Shown here: positions 26,413-36,336 of the stretch, in pieces
How positions within the stretch are numbered: position 1 is the stretch's first letter
Layout: every line of letters starts with the position of its first letter
Source: Candidatus Magasanikiibacteriota bacterium
GTDB lineage: Bacteria > Patescibacteriota > Patescibacteriia > Magasanikbacterales > GWA2-37-8
Direction of reading: 5' to 3'
DNA length: 64,000 nucleotides
NCBI GenBank assembly: GCA_963840935.1
Contig: CAWJAS010000001.1
Coordinates: 512,875-576,874 of the forward strand
Program-made: the position numbers and the translations under genes
Notes under the pieces: model-generated
The model's database searches: none
The model's input: the letters and a program-made list of their open reading frames with translations, nothing else
What the model was told of the DNA's origin: nothing

Positions 26413-26871
26413 ATGAAAGTCAAAGAAATAATGGACACAAAATTCATTTCATTAAAAAAAGGGGCGACCTACGAAGAGGTGTTTAAAACATTATATACAA
26501 ATAATATAAGCGGGGCGCCGGTGGTTGATGAGAATAACAAAATAATCGGAATTGTTTCCGAAAAAGATTTGTTTCGTGTACTTTTTCCGTTTTATACAAG
26601 TTATTACAACAATCCGGAGCTTTATGTTGACTATGAAGCGCGCGAAAGCAAAATTGATGAAATAAAAAATCACAAAATTGAAATATTTATGAGCCGTGAT
26701 TTTGTTCACATTCATCCGGACGACCCGGTGCTCCGAGCCGGGGCTTTAATGCTTGCCAAAAATATCAGTCGCTTGCCGGTGGTTGAAAATGGCGAATTTG
26801 TGGGCATGATTTGGCGACGCGATATTTATAAAACCATTTTAAAAAAATCATTGTTAAAAGAAGAGGTATAA
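26413..26871 (+). CDS. CBS-pair domain protein
   Basis: ISGAPVVD..IGIVSEKDL and ISRLPVVE..VGMIWRRDI. Confidence 0.9.
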   Translation: MKVKEIMDTKFISLKKGATYEEVFKTLYTNNISGAPVVDENNKIIGIVSEKDLFRVLFPFYTSYYNNPELYVDYEARESKIDEIKNHKIEIFMSRDFVHIHPDDPVLRAGALMLAKNISRLPVVENGEFVGMIWRRDIYKTILKKSLLKEEV

Positions 26872-26874
26872 ATT

Positions 26875-28125
26875 ATGCGAATCACAAAATTATTCGGCAA
26901 AACAGCCAAGTCGGTTTCCGGTGACGAGGAAAGCGTTAACGCCCAATTTTTAATCAGGGGCGGTTTTATTTCAAAGCAAATTTCCGGCATATACAACTAT
27001 TTGCCGCTCGGACTGCGAGTGCTCACAAAGATTCAAAATATAATTCGCGAAGAAATGAACGCGATCGGGGGGAATGAAATCCTGATGCCCGCGATTACAC
27101 AAGAAGATTCGTATGTGAAAACAGGAAGAAATGAAATGGATGTGCTTTTTAAATTTTTGGGCCAAGGCGACGCGCGGTTAGTGCTTAATCCGACCCACGA
27201 AGAAGTCGTTACCCCATTGGTTCAAAAATATGTTTTTTCATATGCTGATTTGCCGGTCGCGGTTTATCAAATTCAAAACAAATTCAGGAATGAACCCCGG
27301 GCCAAATCCGGCCTCTTGCGAGGAAGGGAATTTTCCATGAAAGACTTGTATTCATTCCATGCCGATGAAAACGATTTGGACGAATATTACGAAGTTGTGA
27401 AATCCGCTTATTTTAAAATCTTTGAACGCCTCGGCCTGGGTAACGGAAGAACTGTTTTGACATACGCGTCAGGCTCCACTTTTTGCAAATTTTCGCATGA
27501 ATTTCAGACTTTGTCTGACATCGGCGAGGATGAAATTTATTTATGCAAAAAATGCAATGTAGCAATAAATAAAGAGATTATCGACGACCAAAAATCTTGC
27601 CCGGTTTGCGATTCATCTGATTTGGAAAAAAAGATGGGTATAGAAGTCGGTAATATTTTTAAACTGAAAACAAAATTCACCGATGCCTTTGAATTTAAAT
27701 ATAAAAGTGAAAACGGGGAAGACAAGCAAGTGACTATGGGGTGCTATGGGATGGGGCCGTCTCGTTTGATGGGAACTATTGTGGAAGTTTTTCATGATGC
27801 CAAAGGAATGATATGGCCAAAAAATATCGCGCCATACCTTGTTCATTTGACCTTTTTGGGCAAAGATCCGGCCACAAAAAAACAAGCGGAAAAATTATAT
27901 GAAGAATTGACGGAAAATAATATTGAAGTTTTGTTTGATGACCGAGAAAAACCGTCTGCCGGAGAAAAGTTGGGTGATGCTGACTTGATTGGCTTGCCCG
28001 CGCGAATAATATTATCCGACAAAACACTAGCTAAAAAATCCGCTGAAATTAAATTAAGAAACAGCGAAGAAATACAAATGGTTCCGCTTAATAAAATTAT
28101 AAAAACTTTACAAGAGCTCAAATAG
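26875..28125 (+). CDS. proS: Proline--tRNA ligase (short form lacking the INS editing domain)
   Basis: LNPTHEE, KFRNEPRAKSGLLRGREF, GIEVGNIFKL, MGCYGMG. Confidence 0.96.
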   Translation: MRITKLFGKTAKSVSGDEESVNAQFLIRGGFISKQISGIYNYLPLGLRVLTKIQNIIREEMNAIGGNEILMPAITQEDSYVKTGRNEMDVLFKFLGQGDARLVLNPTHEEVVTPLVQKYVFSYADLPVAVYQIQNKFRNEPRAKSGLLRGREFSMKDLYSFHADENDLDEYYEVVKSAYFKIFERLGLGNGRTVLTYASGSTFCKFSHEFQTLSDIGEDEIYLCKKCNVAINKEIIDDQKSCPVCDSSDLEKKMGIEVGNIFKLKTKFTDAFEFKYKSENGEDKQVTMGCYGMGPSRLMGTIVEVFHDAKGMIWPKNIAPYLVHLTFLGKDPATKKQAEKLYEELTENNIEVLFDDREKPSAGEKLGDADLIGLPARIILSDKTLAKKSAEIKLRNSEEIQMVPLNKIIKTLQELK

Positions 28126-28130
28126 CGCCT

Positions 28131-29258
28131 ATGAAAGTAGTGGTTCATTTTGATGAAATTTTTTTGAAAGGAAAAAACCAAGGTTTGTTTGTTAAAAAGC
28201 TGGCAGAAAACATACGCCGGCTTTTTGTTGGCGCTGTAGTCAGGCGAGTTGAAGGGGGATTAATACTCGATAATATTAGCGAGAAATATTTGGACCGGTT
28301 GGCCAATACGCCGGGAATTGCCAAATTCGCGCCGATTGTGGAATGCGACCCGACAATTATGGCTATACAAAAAACTGTGGGGCAAATTGAAATACCAAAT
28401 AACGCAAAAACATTTCGTATTTCCGCCTCGCGCTCGAATAAGAAATTTGAAAAAACATCCGAGCAGATGAACCGTGAGTTGGGCGCTTTTTTTGAAAATC
28501 ATTCAGGATTGAAAGTTGATTTAAAAAATCCCGACATAAATATTAAAGTCGATGTGGCAAAAAACAGAGCATTGATTTATTGGAAGGAATTTGAAGGTGC
28601 CGGAGGATTGCCTGTAGGAACGGCCGGTAAAGTATTATCTTTAATATCCGGGGGAATTGATAGCCCTGTCGCCTCGTATCAAATGCAAAGAAGGGGAGCG
28701 GAAATTGTAATAATTCATTTTCAAAACGAAACAAGCGTAACCGATGATGTATCGGCAAAAATATTGGACATCGCAAAGACTCTCGCGAATTACCAAAAAT
28801 CAATTGATGTTATAATCGTCCCGTTTGCCGAATTTCAAAAAAAAATAATCATGAATACGCCGGCTGATTATCGCATGATAATTTCCAGGCGTTTTATGAT
28901 GAAAATTGCCGAACAGTACGCCGTAAAACACAAAATATTGGCTTTGGTTACCGGTGATTCGCTTGGCCAAGTAGCTTCACAAACGCTAGAAAATATGAAC
29001 GCGGTCTATGAATCGGTCAAAATACTGACGCTCGCGCCATTAATGGGGACAAATAAAAACGAAATTATTAAAATGGCGGAAAAAATCAAAACATTTGATA
29101 TTTCAAAACGTCCCTACGAGGATTGCTGTTCTTTGTTTGTTTCCAAACACCCCAAAACAAAAGCAAAAATAAACGAGGTAAAAAAGATAGAAGAATCAAT
29201 GGGGGATTTGGCTCTTGACAAAGCCGAATATATATCATACCATATAAGTCTAAATTAA
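28131..29258 (+). CDS. thiI: tRNA 4-thiouridine synthase ThiI (no rhodanese domain)
   Basis: EIFLKGKN, THUMP domain, SGGIDS PP-loop, GDSLGQVASQT, YEDCC. Confidence 0.93.
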   Translation: MKVVVHFDEIFLKGKNQGLFVKKLAENIRRLFVGAVVRRVEGGLILDNISEKYLDRLANTPGIAKFAPIVECDPTIMAIQKTVGQIEIPNNAKTFRISASRSNKKFEKTSEQMNRELGAFFENHSGLKVDLKNPDINIKVDVAKNRALIYWKEFEGAGGLPVGTAGKVLSLISGGIDSPVASYQMQRRGAEIVIIHFQNETSVTDDVSAKILDIAKTLANYQKSIDVIIVPFAEFQKKIIMNTPADYRMIISRRFMMKIAEQYAVKHKILALVTGDSLGQVASQTLENMNAVYESVKILTLAPLMGTNKNEIIKMAEKIKTFDISKRPYEDCCSLFVSKHPKTKAKINEVKKIEESMGDLALDKAEYISYHISLN

Positions 29259-29266
29259 CATGCTTT

Positions 29267-29845
29267 ATGATAAACGAGATTGTTTTTGACATTGAAACAC
29301 AAAATACTTTTGCCCAAGTGGATAACGACATGAAGAAATTTAAAATTTCGGTTGTGTCGATTTACCGCTATGAAACGGATTCTTTTGAAAGTTTTACCGA
29401 AAGCGAACTTAGTCGCCTCTGGCCGATTCTTGAAAAAGCAGACCGGCTTATCGGTTATAACAGCGAACATTTTGATTTGCCGATTTTAATGAATTATTAT
29501 TTGGGTGATTTAACCAAAATACCGCACCTTGATTTGCTCAAAGAAATAAAAAATAGCTTGGGAATAAGATTAAAACTTGATGACGTGGCCAAAGCCACTC
29601 TCGATAACGTGCAAAAAAGCGCGGACGGTTTGCAAGCGATTAAATGGTGGCAGGAAGGCAAAATTGATGAAATAAAGAAATATTGCGAGCAAGACGTGCT
29701 CGTAACAAAACAAGTTTACGAATTCGGTCGGGATAATAGGCAATTATTTTATAAAAATCTTACCGGTGATGTGATACCATTCGCTGTTAATTTTTCCATT
29801 CCACAAAAAAATGAAAGTAAAATTAATCTAACCTTACCATTCTAA
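29267..29845 (+). CDS. RNase H-like 3'-5' exonuclease domain protein (YprB-like)
   Basis: FDIET, GYNSEHFDLP, YCEQDV (DEDD). Confidence 0.8.
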   Translation: MINEIVFDIETQNTFAQVDNDMKKFKISVVSIYRYETDSFESFTESELSRLWPILEKADRLIGYNSEHFDLPILMNYYLGDLTKIPHLDLLKEIKNSLGIRLKLDDVAKATLDNVQKSADGLQAIKWWQEGKIDEIKKYCEQDVLVTKQVYEFGRDNRQLFYKNLTGDVIPFAVNFSIPQKNESKINLTLPF

Positions 29846-29848
29846 AAT

Positions 29849-30253
29849 ATGATTACTTTGCGAAGAGAAACCGATTACGCCATTCACATGCTTGTTTTTT
29901 TAAAAAATTCCAAGCTCGATTTTGTGAGCTTAAAAACTTTGGCCGTGGCAACCGGAATTTCCTTTTTATTTTTACAAAAAATCGCTCGTAAATTAAGACA
30001 ATCAGGTTTAATTAACGCGGGCAAAGGAGTGAGCGGGGGTTATGGATTAAACAAGGACCCCAAAAAAATTACATTAAAAATGATAATAGAAGCGACCGAA
30101 GGAACAACCGATATGTTGCCATGTTTGTGTAAATCGACCAGAATTAGAAATTGCGCGAATTCCGATATACGGTGTTCATTAAGCAAAAAATTGGCCAAGA
30201 CAAATTTTAAAATAGGCCAAGTTCTCAAAAATGTAAGGCTGTCGGATTTATAA
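29849..30253 (+). CDS. Rrf2-family regulator (IscR-like)
   Basis: ETDYAI, GISFLFLQKI, GVSGGYGL, C-terminal Cys cluster; upstream of iscS/iscU. Confidence 0.9.
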   Translation: MITLRRETDYAIHMLVFLKNSKLDFVSLKTLAVATGISFLFLQKIARKLRQSGLINAGKGVSGGYGLNKDPKKITLKMIIEATEGTTDMLPCLCKSTRIRNCANSDIRCSLSKKLAKTNFKIGQVLKNVRLSDL

Positions 30254-30257
30254 AATT

Positions 30258-31466
30258 ATGATGCTCAAAAAACCCAAAAAAATTAAAAGCATATATATGG
30301 ACCATTCCGCTACCGCGCCGGTAGAAAAGCGGGTTTTTTTGGCGATGAAACCATATTTTATTGATGATTTTGGCAATCCATCCGCTTTGTACGCCATTGG
30401 ACGCAGGGCGTCAAAAGCAATAAACGAAGCAAGAAAATCAATTGCAGGTTTAGTTGGAGCTTTACCGGAAAATATAATTTTTACCGGTGGCGGGTCAGAG
30501 GCGAATAATTTGGCTATTTTTGGCGTTGCCAAAGCGAACAGTCATAAGGGCAAGCACATAATTTCCATCGGTATTGAACACCATTCTGTTCTTCATCCTT
30601 TGCGCGAACTCAAAAAACAAGGCTTTGATATCACATTTATTCCGGTTAATACTCAGGGTATTGTTTCGGCGGAAAATGTTGCAAAAGCAATCCGACCCGA
30701 CACAATCCTTGTATCCATCATGTTTGCTAACAATGAAACCGGCTCCATTCAGCCTATTGCCGATATTGGTCGGGAGATTTTGAAGTACAGAAAAAATAAC
30801 AGCGCAAATTTTCCTCTTTTTCACAGCGACGCCTGCCAAGTCGGAGGTTATTTAAACATTGATGTTGAGAAAAATCATTTGGACTTGATGACTGTTAACG
30901 GCAGTAAAATATATGGACCAAAAGGTGTTGGATTTTTATATTGTCGACGTGGAATAAAAATAGAACCCATTATCTTTGGCGGAAGTCAAGAAAAAGGCAA
31001 GCGCGCCGGCACAGAAAATGTGCCTGGAATTATGGGGCTGGCAAAAGCGTTAGAATTGGCGCAAACAAATAAAGAAAAAGAATCAAAAAGATTGCGTGAA
31101 CTGTGCGCCTATTTTTGGGAAAAAATTCAAAAAAATATCGAAGGCGTAATTTTAAACGGTCCTCCGATAGGTTCGGAACGCTTACCCGGCAATCTTAATG
31201 TGACCTTTAAAAATATTGAGGGCGAGGCAATGCTTTTGTATCTGGATGAATATGGTATAATGTGTTCCACGGGTTCGGCCTGCACGTCAGAATCGCTCGA
31301 ACCATCGCATGTGCTTTTGGCGATGGGAATAAAACACGAAATGGCTCATGGCAGTTTACGTTTTACGCTTGGCCACGGCAACAACAAAGCTGATATTGAT
31401 TACATAATCAAATATCTGCCTGCCATAGTCGAGCAATTACGTGAAATGAGCCCAATGAAACATTAG
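30258..31466 (+). CDS. iscS: Cysteine desulfurase (IscS/NifS type)
   Basis: YMDHSATAP, ANNETG, HSDACQ, KIYGPKG, STGSACTS. Confidence 0.95.
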   Translation: MMLKKPKKIKSIYMDHSATAPVEKRVFLAMKPYFIDDFGNPSALYAIGRRASKAINEARKSIAGLVGALPENIIFTGGGSEANNLAIFGVAKANSHKGKHIISIGIEHHSVLHPLRELKKQGFDITFIPVNTQGIVSAENVAKAIRPDTILVSIMFANNETGSIQPIADIGREILKYRKNNSANFPLFHSDACQVGGYLNIDVEKNHLDLMTVNGSKIYGPKGVGFLYCRRGIKIEPIIFGGSQEKGKRAGTENVPGIMGLAKALELAQTNKEKESKRLRELCAYFWEKIQKNIEGVILNGPPIGSERLPGNLNVTFKNIEGEAMLLYLDEYGIMCSTGSACTSESLEPSHVLLAMGIKHEMAHGSLRFTLGHGNNKADIDYIIKYLPAIVEQLREMSPMKH

Positions 31467-31496
31467 ACATAGGCGTAATCAAAAAAAATAACTTTT

Positions 31497-31970
31497 ATGA
31501 AAAAAGAAGCGTCAAAAAAAAGTAAAACGAATAAAACAGTTGATGTCAAATCATACGATGGTTCTGATTGGATTTATTCGGATATTGTGAAGGAACATTT
31601 TTTTAATCCCAAAAATTTTATGCGTTATGGCGAAGAAAAAAAATTTAAATACAACGCCATGGGCAGAGCGGGATCACCGGCATGCGGAGATGAGATGGTA
31701 ATGTGGCTTATTGTTAATCCGAAAACACAAAAAATAACCGATTGTCGATGGCGAACTTTCGGTTGTGGTTCGGCCATAGCCTCAACTTCGGTTTTGAGTG
31801 AAATGATAAAAGAAAAAGGTGGAATGCCGATTGATAAGGCGGTAAAAATAAAGCCGGCCGAAATTTTAAAACGCCTTGGCGGATTACCGGCAAGAAAAAT
31901 TCATTGTTCAATTTTGGGCGATAAAGCCTTGCAGTCGGCAATAGACGATTGGAATAAAAATAAAAAATAA
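31497..31970 (+). CDS. iscU: Fe-S scaffold IscU/NifU-N
   Basis: GSPACGD, TFGCGSAIAS, KIHCS. Confidence 0.93.
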   Translation: MKKEASKKSKTNKTVDVKSYDGSDWIYSDIVKEHFFNPKNFMRYGEEKKFKYNAMGRAGSPACGDEMVMWLIVNPKTQKITDCRWRTFGCGSAIASTSVLSEMIKEKGGMPIDKAVKIKPAEILKRLGGLPARKIHCSILGDKALQSAIDDWNKNKK

Positions 31971-32007
31971 TAAACGCCGAAATTAACGGCGATAATTATA
32001 TATTCAT

Positions 32008-32190
32008 ATGCCTTTAAACGTTGACAAAGAAAAATGCATTGGTTGCGGAGCGTGCGCTTCAATTGCGCCAAATACATTTAAAATGGGGGATGACGGAAAA
32101 TCGGAAGTGATTAACGAATCAGGTGACGCGAGCGATGTGATTCAACAGGCCGTTGACTCCTGCCCGGTTCAAGCAATCAGTTTGGAATAG
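32008..32190 (+). CDS. Single-cluster ferredoxin
   Basis: CIGCGAC...CPVQAI. Confidence 0.93.
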   Translation: MPLNVDKEKCIGCGACASIAPNTFKMGDDGKSEVINESGDASDVIQQAVDSCPVQAISLE

Positions 32191-32403
32191 ATTTTTTGCT
32201 AAATTGAGCATAAAATTAATCCACATTCTTTCCACATTTAATTCACCGTTTTGGCTCGACAATTCATTGGTTTGATTATAAAATATAACAATCAAACGAC
32301 ATTTATGTCGACTGAAAATTACTGGCCAAAAAGCCGGTAGTTTTTATTAAAGAGTTTTTTTATTTTTGCTTATTTTCGCGATATTTGATAATATATCAAT
32401 CAT

Positions 32404-33075
32404 ATGAATTCAGGAATCTTATATATTGTTGCCACTCCGATTGGCAATTTTCAAGACATTACACTAAGGGCGCTTGAAACACTAAAAAGCGTTGATTGTA
32501 TTTTGGCCGAAGACACCAGAGTAACCAAAAATTTGTTGAATCATTATCAAATAAAAACGTCCCTAATCAGCTATCACCACCACAGCCAAGCGCAAAAAAT
32601 AAATCAAATTGTCGAACTATTAAACGAAGGCAAAAATTTGGCTCTGGTCACCGATGCCGGAACACCCGGAATTTCCGACCCGGGCAATATTTTGGTTTCG
32701 GAAATAATCAAAAAAACATCTGCAAATGTAATTCCCATTCCGGGCGCCTGCGCCGCGATTAGCGCGCTTTCGGTGTCGGGATTCCCGACGGATAATTTCT
32801 TGTTTAAAGGATTTCCTCCGCACAAAAATAAAAGACAAAAATTTTTCAAAGAATTGGCGGAACAAAACCAAACTGTTGTTTTTTACGAATCAGGCCACAG
32901 AATAATTAAATGCCTGAATGAACTTAAAGTTTACTTGCCAAAAAACCGTCAACTGATTGTCTGTCGGGAACTTACCAAAATCCACGAAACAATATACCGC
33001 GGTACAATAGACAATGTTATTGAATTAATGACGGAAAGCCGTGGTGAATTTGTAATCGTAATTAATCAAAAATAA
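32404..33075 (+). CDS. rsmI: 16S rRNA C1402 2'-O-methyltransferase
   Basis: LYIVATPIGN, AEDTR, DAGTPGISDPG, RELTKIHE. Confidence 0.95.
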   Translation: MNSGILYIVATPIGNFQDITLRALETLKSVDCILAEDTRVTKNLLNHYQIKTSLISYHHHSQAQKINQIVELLNEGKNLALVTDAGTPGISDPGNILVSEIIKKTSANVIPIPGACAAISALSVSGFPTDNFLFKGFPPHKNKRQKFFKELAEQNQTVVFYESGHRIIKCLNELKVYLPKNRQLIVCRELTKIHETIYRGTIDNVIELMTESRGEFVIVINQK

Positions 33076-33082
33076 TAAAACT

Positions 33083-34612
33083 ATGCAAAAAAAATATTAC
33101 GTAACAACCGCTATTCCATATGCCAATGATAACCCCCACATTGGCCACGCGCTTTTGTTTTTATATGCCGATGTTATTGCCCGTTATCAAAGACTGATTG
33201 GAAAAGATGTTTATTTTTTGATTGGAACAGACGAGCACGGTCAAAAAATGCTTCGTTCAGCCGATAAAAAGGGGATTGAAGTCGCCAAATATTGCGATGA
33301 AAAATCAGCCGTATTTCAAAACCTGGCTGACCAATGGGATATTTCCAATAATGATTTCATTCGAACTACCGATAAAAAACATATAATTGCGGCCCAAAAA
33401 ATCTGGCTTTCCGCGGAAAAATCCGGTGATATTTATAAAAAGAAATATTCCGGTCTTTATTGCGTTGGTTGTGAATCTTTCAAAACAGAAAAAGATTTGG
33501 TTGACGGAAAATGTCCGGACCACCAAAAAGAACCGGAATTGCTTGAAGAAGAAAATTATTTTTTTCGCTTATCAAAATATCAAGAAAAATTGGAAAAATT
33601 ATTTAAAAAAAATCCAGATTTTGTTTATCCGAAAAATCGCTATAATGAAATGTTGAATATTTTAAAAAACGGATTGGAGGATATCAGTATTTCCCGTTCA
33701 ACCGATAAACTCGCCTGGGGAGTTCCCGTACCGAATGACCCAAGCCAAGTAATGTATGTTTGGTTTGATGCTCTGACAAATTATGTAACCGCCCTTGGAT
33801 ACGGCACGGAAGATGAATTATTGTTCAAAAAATACTGGCCGGCCGACGCGCACGTGCTTGGCAAAGAAATAAACAGGTTTCATTCTTTGCTTTGGCCGGC
33901 AATGCTAATGTCCGCCGGACTAGAACTGCCAAAAATGATTGCGGCGCACGGCTGGATAACCGTAAACGGGCAAAAAATGAGCAAGAGCGTAGGCAATGTG
34001 ATTGACCCGATAAAAATGGCGAATGATTATCCGATTGAATTGATCCGCTACTTTTTTATGCGAGAATTGCCTTTTGACAGCGACGGAGATTATTCGGACG
34101 AAAAATTTTTGGCGCGCTATAATGGCGATTTGGCGAACGGAATCGGAAATTTGGTAAATCGTGTCGCTGTAATGATAGAGAAATACAGTGATAACTTAAC
34201 GTCAAAAATTCATCATCCCAATAAAATTATTTCAAATTCCACATCCGAAGCTTGGAAAAATTATTCACGCCACATGGACGAGTTCTATTTTAATCGCGCT
34301 TTGGATTCTGTTTGGAAATTAATTACCGACTGTGATGTTCAAATTTCTGAATTAAAACCATGGACTATGGCAAAAAATGGTGAATTTGAAGAAGTTAATG
34401 ATTTGCTTGGCTCATTGTCGGAGGCCTTACGAAACATCGCGATTATGATATATCCGGTTATGCCTGAAACATCGCGAAAAATACTTTGCCAAATCGGTCT
34501 TTCATCGGAAAATGAATTGGCAAAATCCATTCACGAACTGAGCAAATGGCAGAGTAATTACGCTATAAAAATAAATTCACCGGAGCCGTTGTTTATGCGA
34601 CTAGAAAAATAA
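33083..34612 (+). CDS. metG: Methionine--tRNA ligase
   Basis: HIGH, GTDEHG, YVWFDAL, KMSKS. Confidence 0.96.
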   Translation: MQKKYYVTTAIPYANDNPHIGHALLFLYADVIARYQRLIGKDVYFLIGTDEHGQKMLRSADKKGIEVAKYCDEKSAVFQNLADQWDISNNDFIRTTDKKHIIAAQKIWLSAEKSGDIYKKKYSGLYCVGCESFKTEKDLVDGKCPDHQKEPELLEEENYFFRLSKYQEKLEKLFKKNPDFVYPKNRYNEMLNILKNGLEDISISRSTDKLAWGVPVPNDPSQVMYVWFDALTNYVTALGYGTEDELLFKKYWPADAHVLGKEINRFHSLLWPAMLMSAGLELPKMIAAHGWITVNGQKMSKSVGNVIDPIKMANDYPIELIRYFFMRELPFDSDGDYSDEKFLARYNGDLANGIGNLVNRVAVMIEKYSDNLTSKIHHPNKIISNSTSEAWKNYSRHMDEFYFNRALDSVWKLITDCDVQISELKPWTMAKNGEFEEVNDLLGSLSEALRNIAIMIYPVMPETSRKILCQIGLSSENELAKSIHELSKWQSNYAIKINSPEPLFMRLEK

Positions 34613-34613
34613 T

Positions 34614-35138
34614 ATGTCTTTTTTTGACATTACGGTAATAATAATAATAGTCGGATTCGGCCTAGCCGGGTTATGGCTTGGTTTTGTTCAATCAATCGGT
34701 TCCTTGCTTGGCACGGTTGTTGGCGTTTTTTTTGCTTTTCGCGAATATAGTCACATTGCCGATTGGCTTGCTTCGTTTACCGGCTGGCAGGGGAATGGAG
34801 CTAAAATAATAATTTTCTTGCTTTTATTTTTAGTTACCAGCCACGCTATCGGTTTGGTTTTTACTTTGCTTAACAAAGTTCTTGACGTGATTACCAGCAT
34901 CCCTTTTATCTCAACCATCAACCGTCTGCTTGGACTTGCTTTGGGGTTGGCGCAAGGAATTATTGTGGTCGCGGTGACAATGTATTTTATTGCCAGATTC
35001 CCGATAGATGAAAAATTCATGCTCGCTTTGCAAGATTCAAAATTAGCACCATATCTTGACGCGGTCACCAACATATTTAAGCCATTTATTCCGGAAGCGA
35101 TAAAAACAATAAAAAGCACGCTTGACGGCTTATTTTAA
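34614..35138 (+). CDS. CvpA-family membrane protein
   Basis: 4 TM, FDI..., INRLLGLALG, SKLAP. Confidence 0.8.
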   Translation: MSFFDITVIIIIVGFGLAGLWLGFVQSIGSLLGTVVGVFFAFREYSHIADWLASFTGWQGNGAKIIIFLLLFLVTSHAIGLVFTLLNKVLDVITSIPFISTINRLLGLALGLAQGIIVVAVTMYFIARFPIDEKFMLALQDSKLAPYLDAVTNIFKPFIPEAIKTIKSTLDGLF

Positions 35139-35146
35139 TCATAACT

Positions 35147-35989
35147 ATGCTTATTGATACTCATTGTCATCTGCAATTCAACGCCTATAAAGACGACGGG
35201 GATTTGGTTATAAATAAATGTGAACAGCAAAAAATGATTTTGAATGTGGTCGGGTCGCAGTGCGATACTTCAAAAAGAGCGGTTGAATTGGCAGAAAAAT
35301 ATCCGTTTATTTTTGCCACCGTCGGATTGCATCCGATTCATTCAATTTCCACCGAAGTTGACGAGGAAGAAATCCAATTTAAATCTCGCGAAGAAATTTT
35401 CGATTACGAATTTTATAAAGATTTGGCGCTTCACCAAAAAACAATCGCCATTGGCGAATGCGGTTTGGAACTTTACCATCTGCCAAAAGAAATGAACGAA
35501 GAAACCGCATTAAAAAAACAAAAAGAAATTTTTTTGGCTCAATATAAATTGGCAGAGGAATTAGACCTGCCTTTGGTCATTCATGTGAGGAACGCTCACT
35601 CGCAAATGATAGAAACGCTACAAGCGTTGCCCAAATTAAAAGGAGTTGTTCATTGCTACACAGATAATTGGAGCACGGCAGAGAAATACCTTGATTTGGG
35701 CTTATACATCGGCTTTACCGGAGTTATTACTTTTCCGGCAAAAAAAACTTGCCCGGAAATACAAAATAATTTGATTGAAGTAGTCAAAAATTGTCCAATG
35801 GACCGAATTTTAATCGAGACCGACGCGCCATATTTGGCACCGCAAAAATTCAGAGGTGAAAGATGCGAACCATGGATGGTTGCCGAGGTTGCCGAGAAAA
35901 TCGCTGAAATAAAGAAAATTCCTTTTAAAGAGGTTGTCCAAATGACCGGTAATAACGCTCTAAAACTTTTTTCAAAGATCAAGATTTAA
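35147..35989 (+). CDS. tatD: TatD-family hydrolase
   Basis: DTHCH, GLHP, IGECGL, IHVRNA, HCY, ETDAPY. Confidence 0.93.
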   Translation: MLIDTHCHLQFNAYKDDGDLVINKCEQQKMILNVVGSQCDTSKRAVELAEKYPFIFATVGLHPIHSISTEVDEEEIQFKSREEIFDYEFYKDLALHQKTIAIGECGLELYHLPKEMNEETALKKQKEIFLAQYKLAEELDLPLVIHVRNAHSQMIETLQALPKLKGVVHCYTDNWSTAEKYLDLGLYIGFTGVITFPAKKTCPEIQNNLIEVVKNCPMDRILIETDAPYLAPQKFRGERCEPWMVAEVAEKIAEIKKIPFKEVVQMTGNNALKLFSKIKI

Positions 35990-36085
35990 CCGATTTAAAG
36001 TTATCCCCAAAAAAAAATTTATAGCATTGACTTTTTCGCGTTTCATTAGTAAAATATTGTCGCGTCAAAAAGTGATAAATCGCCT

Positions 36086-36334
36086 ATGAACTCAACAGAC
36101 CGCAAATACTATATATTTGCTTTAAAAATTATGCTGGATTTTGGCGCCACCATTGCGGTACCGGCTGTTATATTTTCACTAGCCGGCCAGTACTTTGACG
36201 CCAAATACGATAAAGCCCCGTTGTTTTTAATATTATTTCTTGTCACCGCTTTATTAATTACAATGAGTGTACTATTTAAAAAAGCAAAAATTTACGGTAA
36301 TTTATATCAAGAAATTGATAAAAAAGACGAATAA
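36086..36334 (+). CDS. AtpZ/AtpI-family protein
   Basis: Two TM, GQYFD motif, first gene of the atp operon. Confidence 0.75.
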   Translation: MNSTDRKYYIFALKIMLDFGATIAVPAVIFSLAGQYFDAKYDKAPLFLILFLVTALLITMSVLFKKAKIYGNLYQEIDKKDE

Positions 36335-36336
36335 TT

